From Octopus sinensis (lineage: Eukaryota): DNA of 64,000 nucleotides. The stretch lies in contig NC_043005.1 of the NCBI RefSeq assembly GCF_006345805.1, forward strand, positions 63,860,001 to 63,924,000, read 5' to 3'. The notes under the pieces are model-generated. The model was not told where the DNA came from. It ran no database searches and saw nothing but the letters and a program-made list of their open reading frames with translations. A program made the position numbers and the translations under genes. Below are positions 13,487 through 26,594 of the stretch, in pieces (positions within the stretch are counted from its first letter, which is position 1; each line of letters starts with the position of its first letter).

Positions 13487-14240
13487 TATATAAATAAATA
13501 AATGGAGTTTAACGCAGGTATAATTCAAATACTTTTACTTCCGATACAGGGCTCAGTAAATTAATTGGGGATCTAAAAGACCACAATGAACAATTTAATT
13601 TAGAATGGTTGATTCTCTCAATCTCGATACCTTATAACAAAGGCAAGGAATTCTGTCTTTTCTGTAATTCTGAATTATTTTTCATTATTTTTTCTAAAAA
13701 TCTCCATGTAAACATTGGCAAAAACACACCTTTAGTTCATATAGATAATATCTATCATTATATATAATTTAAACATTAATTTTCTTTTTATAATTAACAT
13801 TCACTAAACAAATATATTTCCTCTTTCTATAGGCTACTTCTGACGTTATATCATATAACGTTTTTTCATACAATGTTAATAGTATTCAGTAAATCAGAAT
13901 ACATATCCATCATTTTTTTTTTAAATGTCTTATTGACGTGTTTCATTTTTTTCACTTCCCTGAAGAGAAGATTACATTGTTTTACACCATTTATTCTTTT
14001 GGAATAATATCTGTGGAATCTTCGAAACATGTGTCGGAAGTAAAAGTATTTGAATTATACCTGTGTTAAACTCCATTTATTTATTTATATATTATACAAA
14101 AGATTCCACGGAGACCCGAAGTTTCTACCTTTAAAAACAGGAGTTACAACCTCTATACTTGTGTGATTTTTTGCTACCCTGATAATTATTTATTTTTACC
14201 GTGTTAATTTTTAACAAGGGAAAATACACTCATCTATTTA
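13487..14240 (+). mobile_element. 5'-truncated Penelope-like element with 5' inverted segment, GIY-YIG C-terminus and pseudo-LTR
   Basis: From 13543: DTGLSKLIGDLKDHNEQFNLEWLILSISIPYNKGKEFCLFCNSE. 13487-13548 is an inverted copy of 14030-14091. Embedded in (TA)n. Confidence 0.85.
13954..14041 (+). ncRNA. type I hammerhead ribozyme with extended stem II
   Basis: acttcc CTGAAGA gaagatt...aatcttc GAAA catgtg TC ggaagt: 6-bp stem I, 7-bp stem II base, minimal stem III, GUC cleavage triplet (C14035). Confidence 0.85.
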
Positions 14241-14249
14241 TATATATAC

Positions 14250-14330
<81 letters not shown>

Positions 14331-14338
14331 TTTACATA

Positions 14339-14384
<46 letters not shown>

Positions 14385-14565
14385 TATACTATATAATATA
14401 TTTTTAATAATATCAGGAAATCAATATCAGAAAATTCATCAGAAAGTTATATACGTGTGTAGAATATTTGTTGTATTAAAAATATAAATATACGTAAATA
14501 TGTATGAGTATAAATATATAATAATAATAATGACAGTTTAAAAGTTTCGAATTAAGTTTTTAAAG

Positions 14566-14657
14566 CAGCTTACGATCGTTTCACAGAAGTGTTGTCCCTA
14601 TAATGGAATCCTATATTGATAAGCATTTATATACAACACTTCTGCTCCTCAGAGATA
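14566..14657 (-). ncRNA. type I hammerhead ribozyme motif (left palindrome arm, mirror copy)
   Basis: Exact reverse complement of 15125-15216. Confidence 0.7.
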
Positions 14658-15124
14658 TAAAATGTGAAATTTTTATAATTTATCGAATGGTAGATTTTTA
14701 AAATATGAAATAATATGAGAAAATGGTGTTTGTTTGCAATATAAATTAAAACTTACTGCTTTTGATATTGGTAAGTACACTTTAGTATAAGAATCTTGAA
14801 ATCAATATAGGCCTCCTTGGTAAGTCTTCTGCAGTAATCCTAATATTTACGTATAAAATCCATTATATTGTCCTCTATTCCAAATAGAGTTCATAGACTT
14901 AGAATGGAGGACAATATAATGGATTTTATACGTAAATATTAGGATTACTGCAGAAGACTTACCAAGGAGGCCTATATGGATTTCAAGATTCTTATACTAA
15001 AGTGTACTTACCAATATCAAAAGCAGTAAGTTTTAATTTATATTGCAAACAAACACCATTTTCTCATATTATTTCATATTTTAAAAATCTACCATTCGAT
15101 AAATTATAAAAATTTCACATCTTA

Positions 15125-15216
15125 TATCTCTGAGGAGCAGAAGTGTTGTATATAAATGCTTATCAATATAGGATTCCATTATAGGGACAACACTTCTGTG
15201 AAACGATCGTAAGCTG
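15125..15216 (+). ncRNA. type I hammerhead ribozyme motif (right palindrome arm)
   Basis: CTGAGGA gcagaagtgttgt...acaacacttctgt GAAA cgatcg TA ag: 13-bp stem II, palindromic stem III, GUA triplet; stem I is weak. Confidence 0.7.
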
Positions 15217-15240
15217 CTTTAAAAACTTAATTCGAAACTG

Positions 15241-15580
15241 CCATGAATGTCCCCCCGTCTCTACTTCCTTTTGTGTTGATCTACGCCACGAGTTCTTTGG
15301 CCTACCTTTCATTCTATATTAATCCGGATTCCGATGTAAAGCACTTTTCGCTACATTTGGTGTGTCTTTTCTAATTGTGCTACCAACCCACTTCCGCTTT
15401 CTTAAATATTTGCTCCCTAATCGAAACTTGACTTGTTCTTTGCCATAGCTTCATATTGCTTTTATGCTTGGGCCATCTAATTTTAAATATACTACAGAAG
15501 CATCTGGTGATGAATGACTATTTGTTTATTTGACTTAACAGTTATTCGCCATGTCTCAGCCCCATATGATAACACCGCTT
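15241..15580 (-). mobile_element. degenerate RTE LINE 3' coding fragment
   Basis: VLSYGAETWRIT..SFITRCFCSIFKIRWPKHKSNMKLWQRT..KWVGSTIRK..KGRPKNSWRRS. Confidence 0.85.
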
Positions 15581-15609
15581 AGCTATATTCGGCTTAAAGG
15601 AGTGTATGT

Positions 15610-16815
15610 GTGCTAAAAACATTAGTTTAAAATTAACGGAGCTCCCTATATATACCATACTATATGAACGATTAGGTAATGTAACCATGCATTTGTATAT
15701 TACGTTAAATCTTCTACAGTTGCCTACAGAGCATAATTATTTATTTTTACATGAAGAGTTTTTATTTTTATTTTTATTTTCCTGTTCAGATGAATAGTGC
15801 TTACTATTATTATGACTATTAGTGATTTATAGTATTATTATTGAATTTATTGTAGTATTATTTATCGTAGAGTTAAATACATTTACTGTTTATGAATTAT
15901 AATTTTTATTTTTATTAGCTTGTAGTGTTGTATTATCTAAGGCATTTCGTATATTTTCAAATGTATGGTAGTTAGAATTTTGCTAGGGTTCTGTTATATC
16001 AATATTATTGTTAGGTGTTCCAGGATTTTGAGTATTATATATACTCCTATAGCTACTGCTTATCTTGTTATTATTATTGTTATTATTATTACAGCTGCTT
16101 TTATATTTGTTAATTTTTCTTTTATTAGAACAGGCGATAATAGATCCTATGTTTGGTGTTGTAGAGAAGGATATTTTAATTGATGATCTATTAAATATGT
16201 GGCGATAATTATGATTCCTAGGAAAACTTATTTTTTAAAACTATATTTAAAAACTTTTATGCTAAACCCTTAACATTTAATAAAAATGGTAGTGTGTACC
16301 ATATAATTTTTCTCTTTCCGCTCCTATTAGGCAGTTTATCACATTTATATATTGATTTTGGGACTTGATATTTTTCACTGAGTTTTTATTGTTATTATTA
16401 TATTTAGTTCTTTGCCTATCATTATTTTCTTTAGGTTTTTTATTGTATTGTGTAGAAGTTTCCTCATTTTGTATTATTGTTATAGTTAAGAATCTTTATT
16501 TCTTATTTTAGTATCACATACAGTTTTGTTTAATTCCATTTGTGCTATGTAAATTTTTAGTTTAGTATCCTTTATGTATTTAATATTTTGTTTGAATCCA
16601 CTAGCAGCTAAAGCCTGATTGTAATAATTGCCATGATTATTAAAAAATTCTCCATTATGAGATAGGTCAGATATTCTAATAGATATACTATTCACGATAC
16701 TTTTAAGTAATGATATATGATGATATGAATTATTTATATATTTAAAATATTCATTAGGTTTATGAAATGGAGAGTAGATTGAATTATTAAGGTCTAAAGT
16801 TACGTCTAAAAAGAT
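15610..16815 (-). mobile_element. Penelope-like element fragment (RT thumb, linker, GIY-YIG N-terminus), Poseidon/Penelope-type
   Basis: FLDVTLDLNNSIYSPFHKPNE..YNQALAASGFKQNIKY; KRKIIWYTLPF..FPRNHNYRHIFNRSSIKISFSTTPNIGSII; NVIYKCMVT..VYIGS. Contains stops and frameshifts. Confidence 0.9.
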
Positions 16816-16983
16816 TTGCTTTCGAATAACTTTCCTCGAATGTGATAGAATACTTTGATACAATAGAGCATTCAATGTAAATTCAGAATATAATATTCTC
16901 ATTGAATATATTTAACTAAAGATTTATATATATATATATGTCTCTCTCTCTCTCCCTATATATATATATATATGTATATATAT

Positions 16984-17038
<55 letters not shown>

Positions 17039-17194
17039 TTGGAGATAAAACCACTATTAGGCAAATCAAACAATGAAAAACATAAGCCAATACATAAAAT
17101 TAATTAATTTATATTATTTTAAATATACATCAAAAGTATTAAAAGTATTAAAAGTTTAATAAAAGATAAAGAGTATATATATATATATATGTGT

Positions 17195-17396
17195 CTTTCT
17201 TTTATTTGTTTCAGTCATTCGACTGCAGCCATACTGGAGCACTGCCTTTAGTCGAACAATTCGACCCCAAGACTTATTCTTTGTAAGCCTAGTATTTATT
17301 GTAGCGGTCTTTTTTTGCCGAACTGCTAAGTTACGGGGGCGTAAACACACGAGTTTCAGTTGTCAAGCGATGATGAGGGACAAACGCAGGCATGCA

Positions 17397-17470
<74 letters not shown>

Positions 17471-17617
17471 TGTGTGTGTGCATATATACGACGGGCGTCT
17501 TTCAGTTTCCGTCTACCAATTCCACCCACAAGGTTTTGGTCGGTCCGAGGCTGTAGTATAAGACACTTGTCCAAGGTTGGTAAGCAAACTTCTTACCATA
17601 GAGCCACTCCTGCGCCT
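17195..17617 (-). mobile_element. second-family tRNA-SINE with internal microsatellite
   Basis: Reverse complement of the 50352-50730 family. Confidence 0.8.
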
Positions 17618-17649
17618 ATATATATATATACTTATATATTTGAGTCCGT

Positions 17650-17870
17650 ATCTATGTTTGTCTCCCCACCCACGCTTTACAACTGATGTTGATGTGATTC
17701 CGTCCTCGCAATTACCGTAAGTTAGCGGTTCGGCATTGGTGACCGATTAAATAAATAGTAGGCTTACAAAGAATAACGCTGGGGGTCGATTTGTTCGACT
17801 AAAACCCCTTAAGGCGGTGCTCCACCATGGCCTCAGTCAAATGACTGAAACAAGTAAATCAATAAAAGAA
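17650..17870 (+). mobile_element. second-family SINE, 3' half
   Basis: TTAGCGGTTCGGCA..GGGGTCGATTTGTTCGACTAAA..GGCGGTGCTCCA..CAGTCAAATGACTGAAACAAGTAAA. Confidence 0.8.
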
Positions 17871-18585
17871 TATATGAGTAATGCTTTCTAAACACTATAG
17901 ACAATGTTTCAAAATAGCTGCATGCATTTAGGAGGGGCGGGGGCTTAAAGGGTATTGCGAAAGACTTGACTGGAGGCCCAATCTTGGGAGTTTCTTACAG
18001 GGCTCAGAAAAGCTGAAGGACCGCTGCAATAAGTGTTTAATTCTGATTGGTTAATATGTTGAGTAAGCTCAATATTAACTGATCTTCCTGTATTTACTTA
18101 TACCCAAAGGCAAGAACTTTTCAGCAACCATTCGTGTATATCCGTATACATCTGTATGTGTGTATAAATGTATCTACATATGTATACATATATAAATTCA
18201 TATGCGTGTATATGTGTATGGGTGGTGGTGGGGGGTGCGCGCGTGTTTCCGTGTGTGTGCGTGTACCTGTGTGTGGTGTGAACTCTCTACACTACATTTA
18301 ATGTCTATAAACAAAGTTCTCTTCATTTGCAATGATCAACGAACAATTAAACGCTGCTCCATTTTGTTAAATCTGGAAAAATTTCCAAAAATGAATAAGT
18401 AAATATAGAAGATAGGATTATATTTCCTTTAATCTACTTTACCTTATCAATGATATTTGTTTCTGCGTTGACAGAGTAAAAGTATCTCGTGAATTTGAGT
18501 TATACATATATTAGTGTCCAGTGTTTGATACAGAAACGATTGCGTGCAGTTGTTACGGGTAGGGAAAAGAAACAGTGCTGCATTT

Positions 18586-19002
18586 AAGGCGGCGAACTGG
18601 CAAAAACTTTAGCATGCCGGGTGAAATACTCAGCGGTATTTCGTCTGTCGTATCGTTCTGAGTTCAAATTCCGCCGAGGTCGGCTTTGCCTTTCATCCTT
18701 TCGAGGTCAATTAAATAAGTACCAGTTACGCACTGGGGTCGATGTAATCGACTTAATCCGTTTGTCTGTCCTTGTTTGTCCTCTCTGTGTTTAGCCCCTT
18801 GTGGATAGTAAAGAAATAGGTATTTCGTCTGCCGTTACGTTCTGAGTTCAAATCCCGCTGAGGTCGACTTTGCTTTTCATCCTTTCGGGGTCGATAAATT
18901 AAGTACCAGTTACGTACTGGGGTAGATGTAATCGACGTAATCCCTTTGTCTGCCCTTGTTTGTCCCTTCTACGTTTAGCCCTCTGTGGGAATTAAAGAAA
19001 TA
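18586..19002 (+). mobile_element. Deu/Nin-like SINE, tandem dimer
   Basis: Full copy followed directly by a second body starting GGTATTTCGTCTG. Confidence 0.9.
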
Positions 19003-19687
19003 AGGGACAAGTTTATACACCTCACCGGAATAATGCTGTATAACGAGGTGGGGAAACTCTACAGTATCCAACACTGAATTAAATCTATGAGTGGTACTGT
19101 ATACGTAACAATAAGACACGCATGGGCTCCACAAAGTACACCTTAATTCGTACAAATAACATAATACTTTTTTTTCATAGATATAATACTTTCGTTTCTC
19201 TCGTACTTAAGTATACATACATAAAAACACAAACATGTATATATACATGCATATATGTGTGAACGTGAGAGTACGCGTGTGTGCGCATATATATATGTAC
19301 ATGTATATAGATGTAAAACAGATTAATCTGACACAAAACACCAATGGCCACGCATTAGGTAAGCATAGAAATTATTTAGTAAACAGCAGTAATAGATTTT
19401 GGCTTGAAAATAACTATTACCTCCAAAGCGGGTTTTGTACATTTCTGGGATATCATTCAGAACGTACCCTAGAGAAATAAATGCTTTATATCAAACAGAA
19501 CGAAAGACGCATGTATATTAATATACATTTCATCCACCTGCCTAAGATGCATTATAATATAAATGTAAACGGATATAAAGGTAAGATTAAGTATTTCTTT
19601 AAACGCTTATTATTTAATAACAGGAAAACTCTCATTCATATATATTGTCTGTTTTTCCTTTCCTTATCAATAATAAACCTAACATAG

Positions 19688-19908
19688 ACAAATACTTCTT
19701 AACTATTAGAAATATTTCACCGTTTTCCTGCGTATAGGAAATAACTTAAAAGAAATTACTTTAAACTAAACGATAGATGTGCGTCACGAATATTATACAA
19801 ATACTTCTTAGCTATAAGAAATATTTCACTGTTTTCCCATGTTATAAGAAAATAATTTAACAGAAATAACTTGAGACTAAACTATAAATGTGTATCACAG
19901 CTATTATG
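19688..19908. repeat. two diverged ~110-bp tandem units
   Basis: ACAAATACTTCTTA(A/G)CTAT(T/A)AGAAATATTTCAC... at about 19688 and 19797. Confidence 0.8.
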
Positions 19909-20624
19909 CACTTAACTCCAAGTAACCCGAAAAAATAACTGAGCTAAACCGCGCATACAGAAAAAGTGTTGAAGTTCTCTAAACCAATTATCTTAGGCTT
20001 AAGTAATTACTTATATGTGAGTGGTCATCTACACATAAATAAGCCTAGATATCAAGTAAAAACCTGATGCCGGTATGGTAGTGGATAAACGTAAGAAGTG
20101 GAACAAATGAAAGAGGAACGCGACCAAATTATGCAACTATTACTGTGTATTGAAAGGAAACAGTGCTGCATTTTATATCAACTGGAAGATAATTACATGT
20201 AAGCTACGCACAAATGTACCTAAAATGTAAAAATTGCGTAAACTGAGAAACATGTAATACTCAATAGCATTGATAAAGGAGTATATTATAAAAATGTGAG
20301 ATCAGAGATTCACTTCGGGAATTTCTTTCCTTCTGTTTGGAATTGTATAAAACTATAGACCAGAATGGATCTATCAAATAGCGACATACCACGAAAACTT
20401 GCACACTCACCTAATTTCTTCATGCACTTGTTGTATCTTTAAAGAAACAAATTAACTACAGCTGTTTGGCAGAGATTTATGCTGAAGTTTGATATCTGAA
20501 ACTGCCCTGTTTCGAAGTAAATGCATTTTCTCTTGGTATAGATTCATCATATTTGTGCTTGCATATATAATAATACTGTGTATATATGGTGCATATATAT
20601 TTCTGTGCATATATGGTGTATATA

Positions 20625-20855
20625 TATTTCTTTATTACCCACAATGGGCTAAACATAGAGGGGACGAACAAAGACAGACAAAGGTATTAAGTCGATTGCA
20701 TCGACCCCAGTGTGTAACTGGTACTTAATTTATCGACTCCGAAAGGATGAATGGCAAAGTCGACCACGGCGGAATTTGAACTCAGAACGTAACGGCAGAC
20801 GAAATACCGCTAAGCATCTCGCCCGACGTACTAACGTTTCTGTCAGCTCACCGTT
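20625..20855 (-). mobile_element. Deu/Nin-like SINE
   Basis: Reverse complement of the 4235-4467 family. Confidence 0.9.
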
Positions 20856-21985
20856 TTTGTACGTGTCGTTCACAAAGGTTTTTGAAACGAAAGAACATAA
20901 GCATAAACGTCCCCTTCAAACTTTTATTTCGTATTTAAAAAGAAAAAATATTCAGACTAAATATTCTAAAGAAAACTAAGCTCGGCTTACCAACTGATCA
21001 TCGGAAATGAAATCATTCCTAGCATTCATGTTTAATACTAGTATTTATTCGATTGGAACATTTTTCTGAACCGCTGGGTTACGGGAACGTAAACAAACCA
21101 ATACCCGTTGACAATCTTGTGCCAAATATTCCGCACCTAGAAATGTAAATCATTTCTTGACGAATTATGTCGCATTGTGAGAATTTTCCAAAAATATGTG
21201 ATCAGTATTGGAACATTTCATGTTATTGAAAATTTTACAATACTTAACATCCTCAGCATATTTGTTCTGTAATTATTTTATGTAAGGAACTTTCGGTGTT
21301 GTAAGAGAGTTCATTCATTAATGAAAGCTTGATCTTATTGAGATGAATATGCGTAATCAACTGAATTTGTCCAATGCAGGGCTGATGTAATGTTGTGGTG
21401 AATTCCAGTCAACTTGCTGTCAATTTACCTTCAAGAAACAAAATACCGAGGTCGATTTTATCGATTATATAATTCCTCACATTGGAGATATCGTAGATAT
21501 GATATAAATCGATATCATATTTCGTTATTCTATAGCACTAATTCGGTCATGTTCGAGCCGGTATGTCATTATGCACTGCGTCAGTCTATTTTTAAGACGA
21601 TACGTACTGGTTTGTGGGAGATTTGGCTTCTATTTCTAGTATATCAATCTATTATCTACAGCCTCTTTTGTAAACTCATTACATAATTTATTCTATATGC
21701 GAGGGAGTATTAAGTCCATTCCAGTTGAAACTGAACTCAGAACAGCTAGAGATGAAACTAAATAAAGCTAATATAAGCTATTTCATCCAAACTTTCTGTA
21801 ACGTATTGAATATTCTTCCTTCATTCGTTCAACATGATTCAACGTTAGCGCGCGTGTGCTGTGAATATATATATGCGTGTGTGTGTGTGAGTGTGTGTGT
21901 GTGTGTATGTATGTATGTAGGTATGTATGTATGTATGTAGGTAGGTAGTTATGTAGGTAGGTAGGTAGGTAGGTAGGTAGGTATG

Positions 21986-22020
<35 letters not shown>

Positions 22021-22939
22021 ACATTATATGTATGTCTATATGAAAATATGACCACCTTCCATACAGTTTCCGTCAACCGAATTCAGTCACAAAGCATTGT
22101 TCGTCTCAGGGCTACAGTAGACATTTGCTGAAGGTGTTGCATAGTAGAACAGAACCCGAAGCTATGTGACTGCGTAGCTAACTTCTTAACAATTCAGTCA
22201 TGTCTGATACTAAATGAACTCTCCATGTGAGTCACGATTGTCTCACGCATTGTGAAATACTGACTCACTCTGACGATTACATTCAACAGTACACTTGTCC
22301 GTGAAATACTGAGCAATTTGCTCTATATTGCAATAAGTAGGTAGTTCATTTACTCAAACAACTGAACTATTCCTAGTTGAAACAGACGGGGTTTCATTCA
22401 TATAAAACAGAAATGTTATACAAAACTTCTCACTGGTGTAGATTTCTGTTTTCAGTCATACACTGTGATGTTTGCCAAATATCTGAAACCAATAAAAGAG
22501 GGTAACCGATGTATCTTCCTTTATTCTTTTACTAGTTTCATGTCACAGGATCGTGGTCATCCTGGAGCACTGCTTTGAACGGTTTAGTTGACGAAATTGA
22601 TCCTAGTATTTATGTTTGATATAAGTATTTCATCTATCGGTCTATTTCGATCAAACTGCAAACAAATACATGTTGTCAAGTAGTGGGAGACAAACACAAA
22701 CACATACACATCTGTACATATTCCTTAATCTTGGGACTATAGTAGAAGACACTAAACAGGAAGTGAGTGAGTTGAATTGAACCCTTCTATTAAAATGGTA
22801 AGATAAAACTTGATTGAGATTTGCTGAAACTTCTAGTCGACGATAAGGAGAACTTCGCAATAATTTTCGAATGGTGTGACGCACCTTGGTATTGTAGAAA
22901 CGCAGTGAAATCAATTACAGAAATTGGAAAGATTTATAA

Positions 22940-24690
22940 AGTTTATAAAACGACAGGCTCTACAGTGGAGAAACTGGGAAAATTATCACGCTCAATTTAC
23001 AATACAGGACAGGAATTATTAGGAGTGAAAGAGATATCCGATTAGCGAAAGAAAAGTGTAGACCAAGCAGGAGGATCAAGAAAATAAAACAGTTGAGGAA
23101 GGAAAAGACCAGCCTAAGAAAGTGATGGAAATATGCTACAGAAGATGAAAAACCTGGCCTCGCGCTGTTGTATGACGATTTGAAAAGGAAATGTTGTTAT
23201 GTGCAACGACATATCCGCCGATATGAGCGTCGAAAGGAGAGTAAAAGGACTTGGGGGCAGTTTCTGAAGGACCAGTACGGGTTTACTAAGAAGCTGTTCA
23301 TGGAGCCGAAGAGTGGCTCTTTATTGTGCACGAAAGACGAATTGCACGCTCATATCAAAGAAAGAAAAAGCGCACCAGCCCCTGCCACCTCTACATGGGT
23401 TAAATCATGTCTCAGAACCTGATATCGAACTCCAAATTGAGGACATCAGGGAGAAGAGGTGAATGATTTCGTGAGAAAAGCTAGAGCAAAAGTGACCCAG
23501 GAAGTGATGGCGTCTCATATGAAGTTTATAAATATTGCAATCGTCTGCGAAAGAAGCTCTTTGTCCTACTCCGGCAGCTGTGGCGCGAAGAGACTCTAGT
23601 AGAGGATTAGTGTAAGGCAGGTGGTATATACCTGCCGAAGGAGGCCAATGCAGAGACTATGAAACAGTTTAAACCGATATCTTTATTAAATGTGGAAGGT
23701 AAGATCTTTATGGGAATCTTTCGAGGAGAACAGTGACATATTTACAGAATAACGGATATGTTGATGAATCTGTTCAAAAGGTCAGAATCCCCGGGATCCC
23801 TGGATCCGTTGAACACTGTTTTCGATTTGGAAAGCGATCCAGGATGCCAAACAGAACAAGAGAAATCTGATCGTGGTATGGCTTGACCTAGCTAATGCAT
23901 ATGGCTCAGTGCCACACGAATTACTGATGAGAGCCATGGACCACTTCCACATTCCAGACAAAGTGATCAAAATAATGGGGACGTATTATGACAGTTTCGA
24001 AATGAGGTTTACAGCTAGAGATTTTACAACAGATTGGCACCGATTGGAGATTGGCATTGCTGCTGGCTGTACAATATCTGTCACGGGATTTATCTTAGTC
24101 GTGGAGATGATTTTGGAAGCTGTGGATTTTTCGGAACAAATCGCCCATGTACAACCGCCTAAGAAAACCTTGTTGGATGACGTGACACTTCTAGCTTCAG
24201 ATAAACAAATCATGCAGAATGCCCTCTTGGGATTAGACGAACTAGTGAGGTGGTCAAAGATAAGGTTTAGAGCAAACAGACATTTATTAAGGAAATGCAG
24301 AAATAATTTCAGTTTCGAATAGCGGAAGAAAGCATTCCAGCAGTCAAAGTAGAACCAGTCAAGAGCTTGGGGCGAGTAGACGCTGGAACATTGTCAGATA
24401 GAGTTGCGGGATTGAAATTATGAAACAGGCCGAGGCTGGATTATCAGTGATTGATAAATCGAAGTTACCAGGTAACTATAAAATTTGGTGCTTGCAGTTC
24501 GGCTTGTACCCATGACTTTCGTGGCTACTTTTAATATACGAGGTAGCCTTGTCACGAGTTCAGATCATTGAAAAAAATGTAATGTATTCATTAGAAAGTG
24601 GCTAGGCCTACCTCGGATGTTGAACAGTTCAGCTCTTTATCGTAAAAGAGGTTCGTTGCAGTTATCACTAGCGTCAATATGTAAACTGGG
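22940..24690 (+). mobile_element. degenerate HERO-like (R2 superfamily) LINE, RT region
   Basis: QFLKDQYGFTKKLF..KSGSL; QFKPISLLNVEGKIF; VWLDLANAYGSVPH; WHRLEIGIAAGCTIS; LLDDVTLL; KWLGLPRMLNSSALY. Multiple stops and frameshifts. Confidence 0.85.
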
Positions 24691-26021
24691 GAAGATACGG
24701 ACATGGTTATTAGTTCATGGTTATTATCTCCCCTTTCCACAAATATCTCATTGAATATTGATTTCTCATATTGGTTCAAGGCCACATGTTTGGGTGAAGA
24801 CACACTGACATAGAAAAAAAGCACAAGGCCTTATATTTTGGAGGAAGGCGTAGTCGACTATATATATATGTGTGTTTGTATGTGTATGTGTGTGTGCGTG
24901 TGTGTGTAAAATATTCAAGTGAAAGCATAAATAAGATGAATCCTTACCAAGAGAAAATGCATTTATTTCGAAACAGAACCGTTTCAGGTGTTAAACTTAA
25001 GCAAGGATCTCTGCCAAACAGCTCTTGTTAATTTGTTTCGTTAAAGATATAAGAAGCGCATGAAGAAATAGGGACATTTCTAATAACAGATGGACTTTTC
25101 TCGCTATTACATGGCAGGAAATCAATTTGAAAAAAGACAGAAATGAAGAATGGCTTTGTTTCGCTTTCATTTTTCTTCCTTTTTTTTTTCTTTTTTTGCT
25201 TCGAAATGTAAAATGCTGATAGAGAAAACAAATAGAATGATTATTTTTTCTGTTTGTTTTGTTTTTTTTTCTTTTGTTTGTTTTACATTTTTCAGCTTGT
25301 AGCGTTTTCGTATTATATTTCTAACAACTGTAAAAAAAATGCGAAAAACAATCCTGGTTAAATAATTCCTTCATGGTGCTTGTTGTAATAACCGATTTAC
25401 ATGTTCTGCTACGAAGCCAAAATTCTGAGGTAATGAAATATATATATATAGTTTCATATTACTACGATGTAACAATATTCCTTTTGATTGAATGTTTTCC
25501 ACAGCAGAAAAGAAGTTCTGAAATACTAAATAGCCAAGGTTTAAAAAAAATGAAATTATCAAAAGCTTATTCTTTATATAGAAATACACAGCCAGGTGTG
25601 GGTTATTAACAAAGTTTTGAAAATATTAAAAGTGACGATATTAGAATTTCCATTTAGATGGTGATTTGTAAGAAACAGCCAGCCATCCGCGCCATTAATT
25701 TCTACAAATGTCTTTTTAAAGTTCAAATAAAGCTGCGAGTGTCCTTGTTAATCATTTGTCTGCTGAGTCAAAAAGACGCATACCACTTATATTCTTGCAT
25801 TTATTCTAAGAATTATTCTTCTTCCACTGCAATATTAGAATCCTACCGAAAGGGAAGAAATGTACGAACTTTTATGCCTTTATTTATGTATTAAATACAT
25901 TAGTTAACAGCTGCATTGTGTGATATAACGGGATAAAACCGGACTGAAGGCAACTCATGTACGACATACAGTTGAATAATAGCGCAAACCCGTTCTTCTA
26001 TTATTTTACTGACAAAATATT

Positions 26022-26594
26022 TATTTCTTTATTGCCGACAGGGGGGATAAACATAGAGGAGGCAATCAAGGACAAACAAAGGGATTAAATCGATTACTTC
26101 GATGCCAGTGCGTAACTGTTACTCAATTTATCGGCCACGAAAGAATGAGAGGCAAAGTCGATCTCGGCGGAATTTCTTTACTACCCACAAGGGGCTAAAC
26201 ACAGAGAGGACAAACAAGGACAGACAAACGGATTAAGTTGATTATATCGACCCCAGTGCGTAACTGGTCCTTAATTTATCGACCCCGGAAGGATGAAAGG
26301 CAAAGTCGACCTCGGCGGAATTTGAACTCAGAACGTAACGGCAGACGAAATACCGCATAGCATTTCGCCCGGCGTCCTAACGATTCTGCCACCTCTCTGC
26401 CCTGTTACTTACAAAATATTGGCTTCAAATTTCGGCACAAAGACAGTAATTGGTGCGTATTTTATCGACCATGAAAGGATGAAAGTCGATCTTCACGATC
26501 AACTTCGAAGTCGATTTGAACTCAGAACATAAATACGGACGAAGTACCATAAAGCATTTGGCCGGGAAGCTAACTGTTCTGCTAACTCACGCCT
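26022..26594 (-). mobile_element. cluster of Deu/Nin-like SINEs
   Basis: Partial, full and older diverged copies in series. Confidence 0.85.

Larger units (their letters stand above)
14543..15239. repeat. 338-bp near-perfect inverted repeat with 21-nt spacer (fold-back PLE pseudo-LTR)
   Basis: 14543-14880 is the reverse complement of 14902-15239, with 3 mismatches by manual comparison. Confidence 0.95.

Noticed and set aside
14430-14450. CTGATGA on the minus strand
   Set aside because: No downstream stem II/GAAA/NUH arrangement.
20455-25027. ~110-bp inverted homology between 20455-20565 and 24915-25027 with an AAACAGCTGTA motif
   Set aside because: Looks like two diverged copies of a dispersed repeat; no CUGANGA box and no evidence they are termini of one element.
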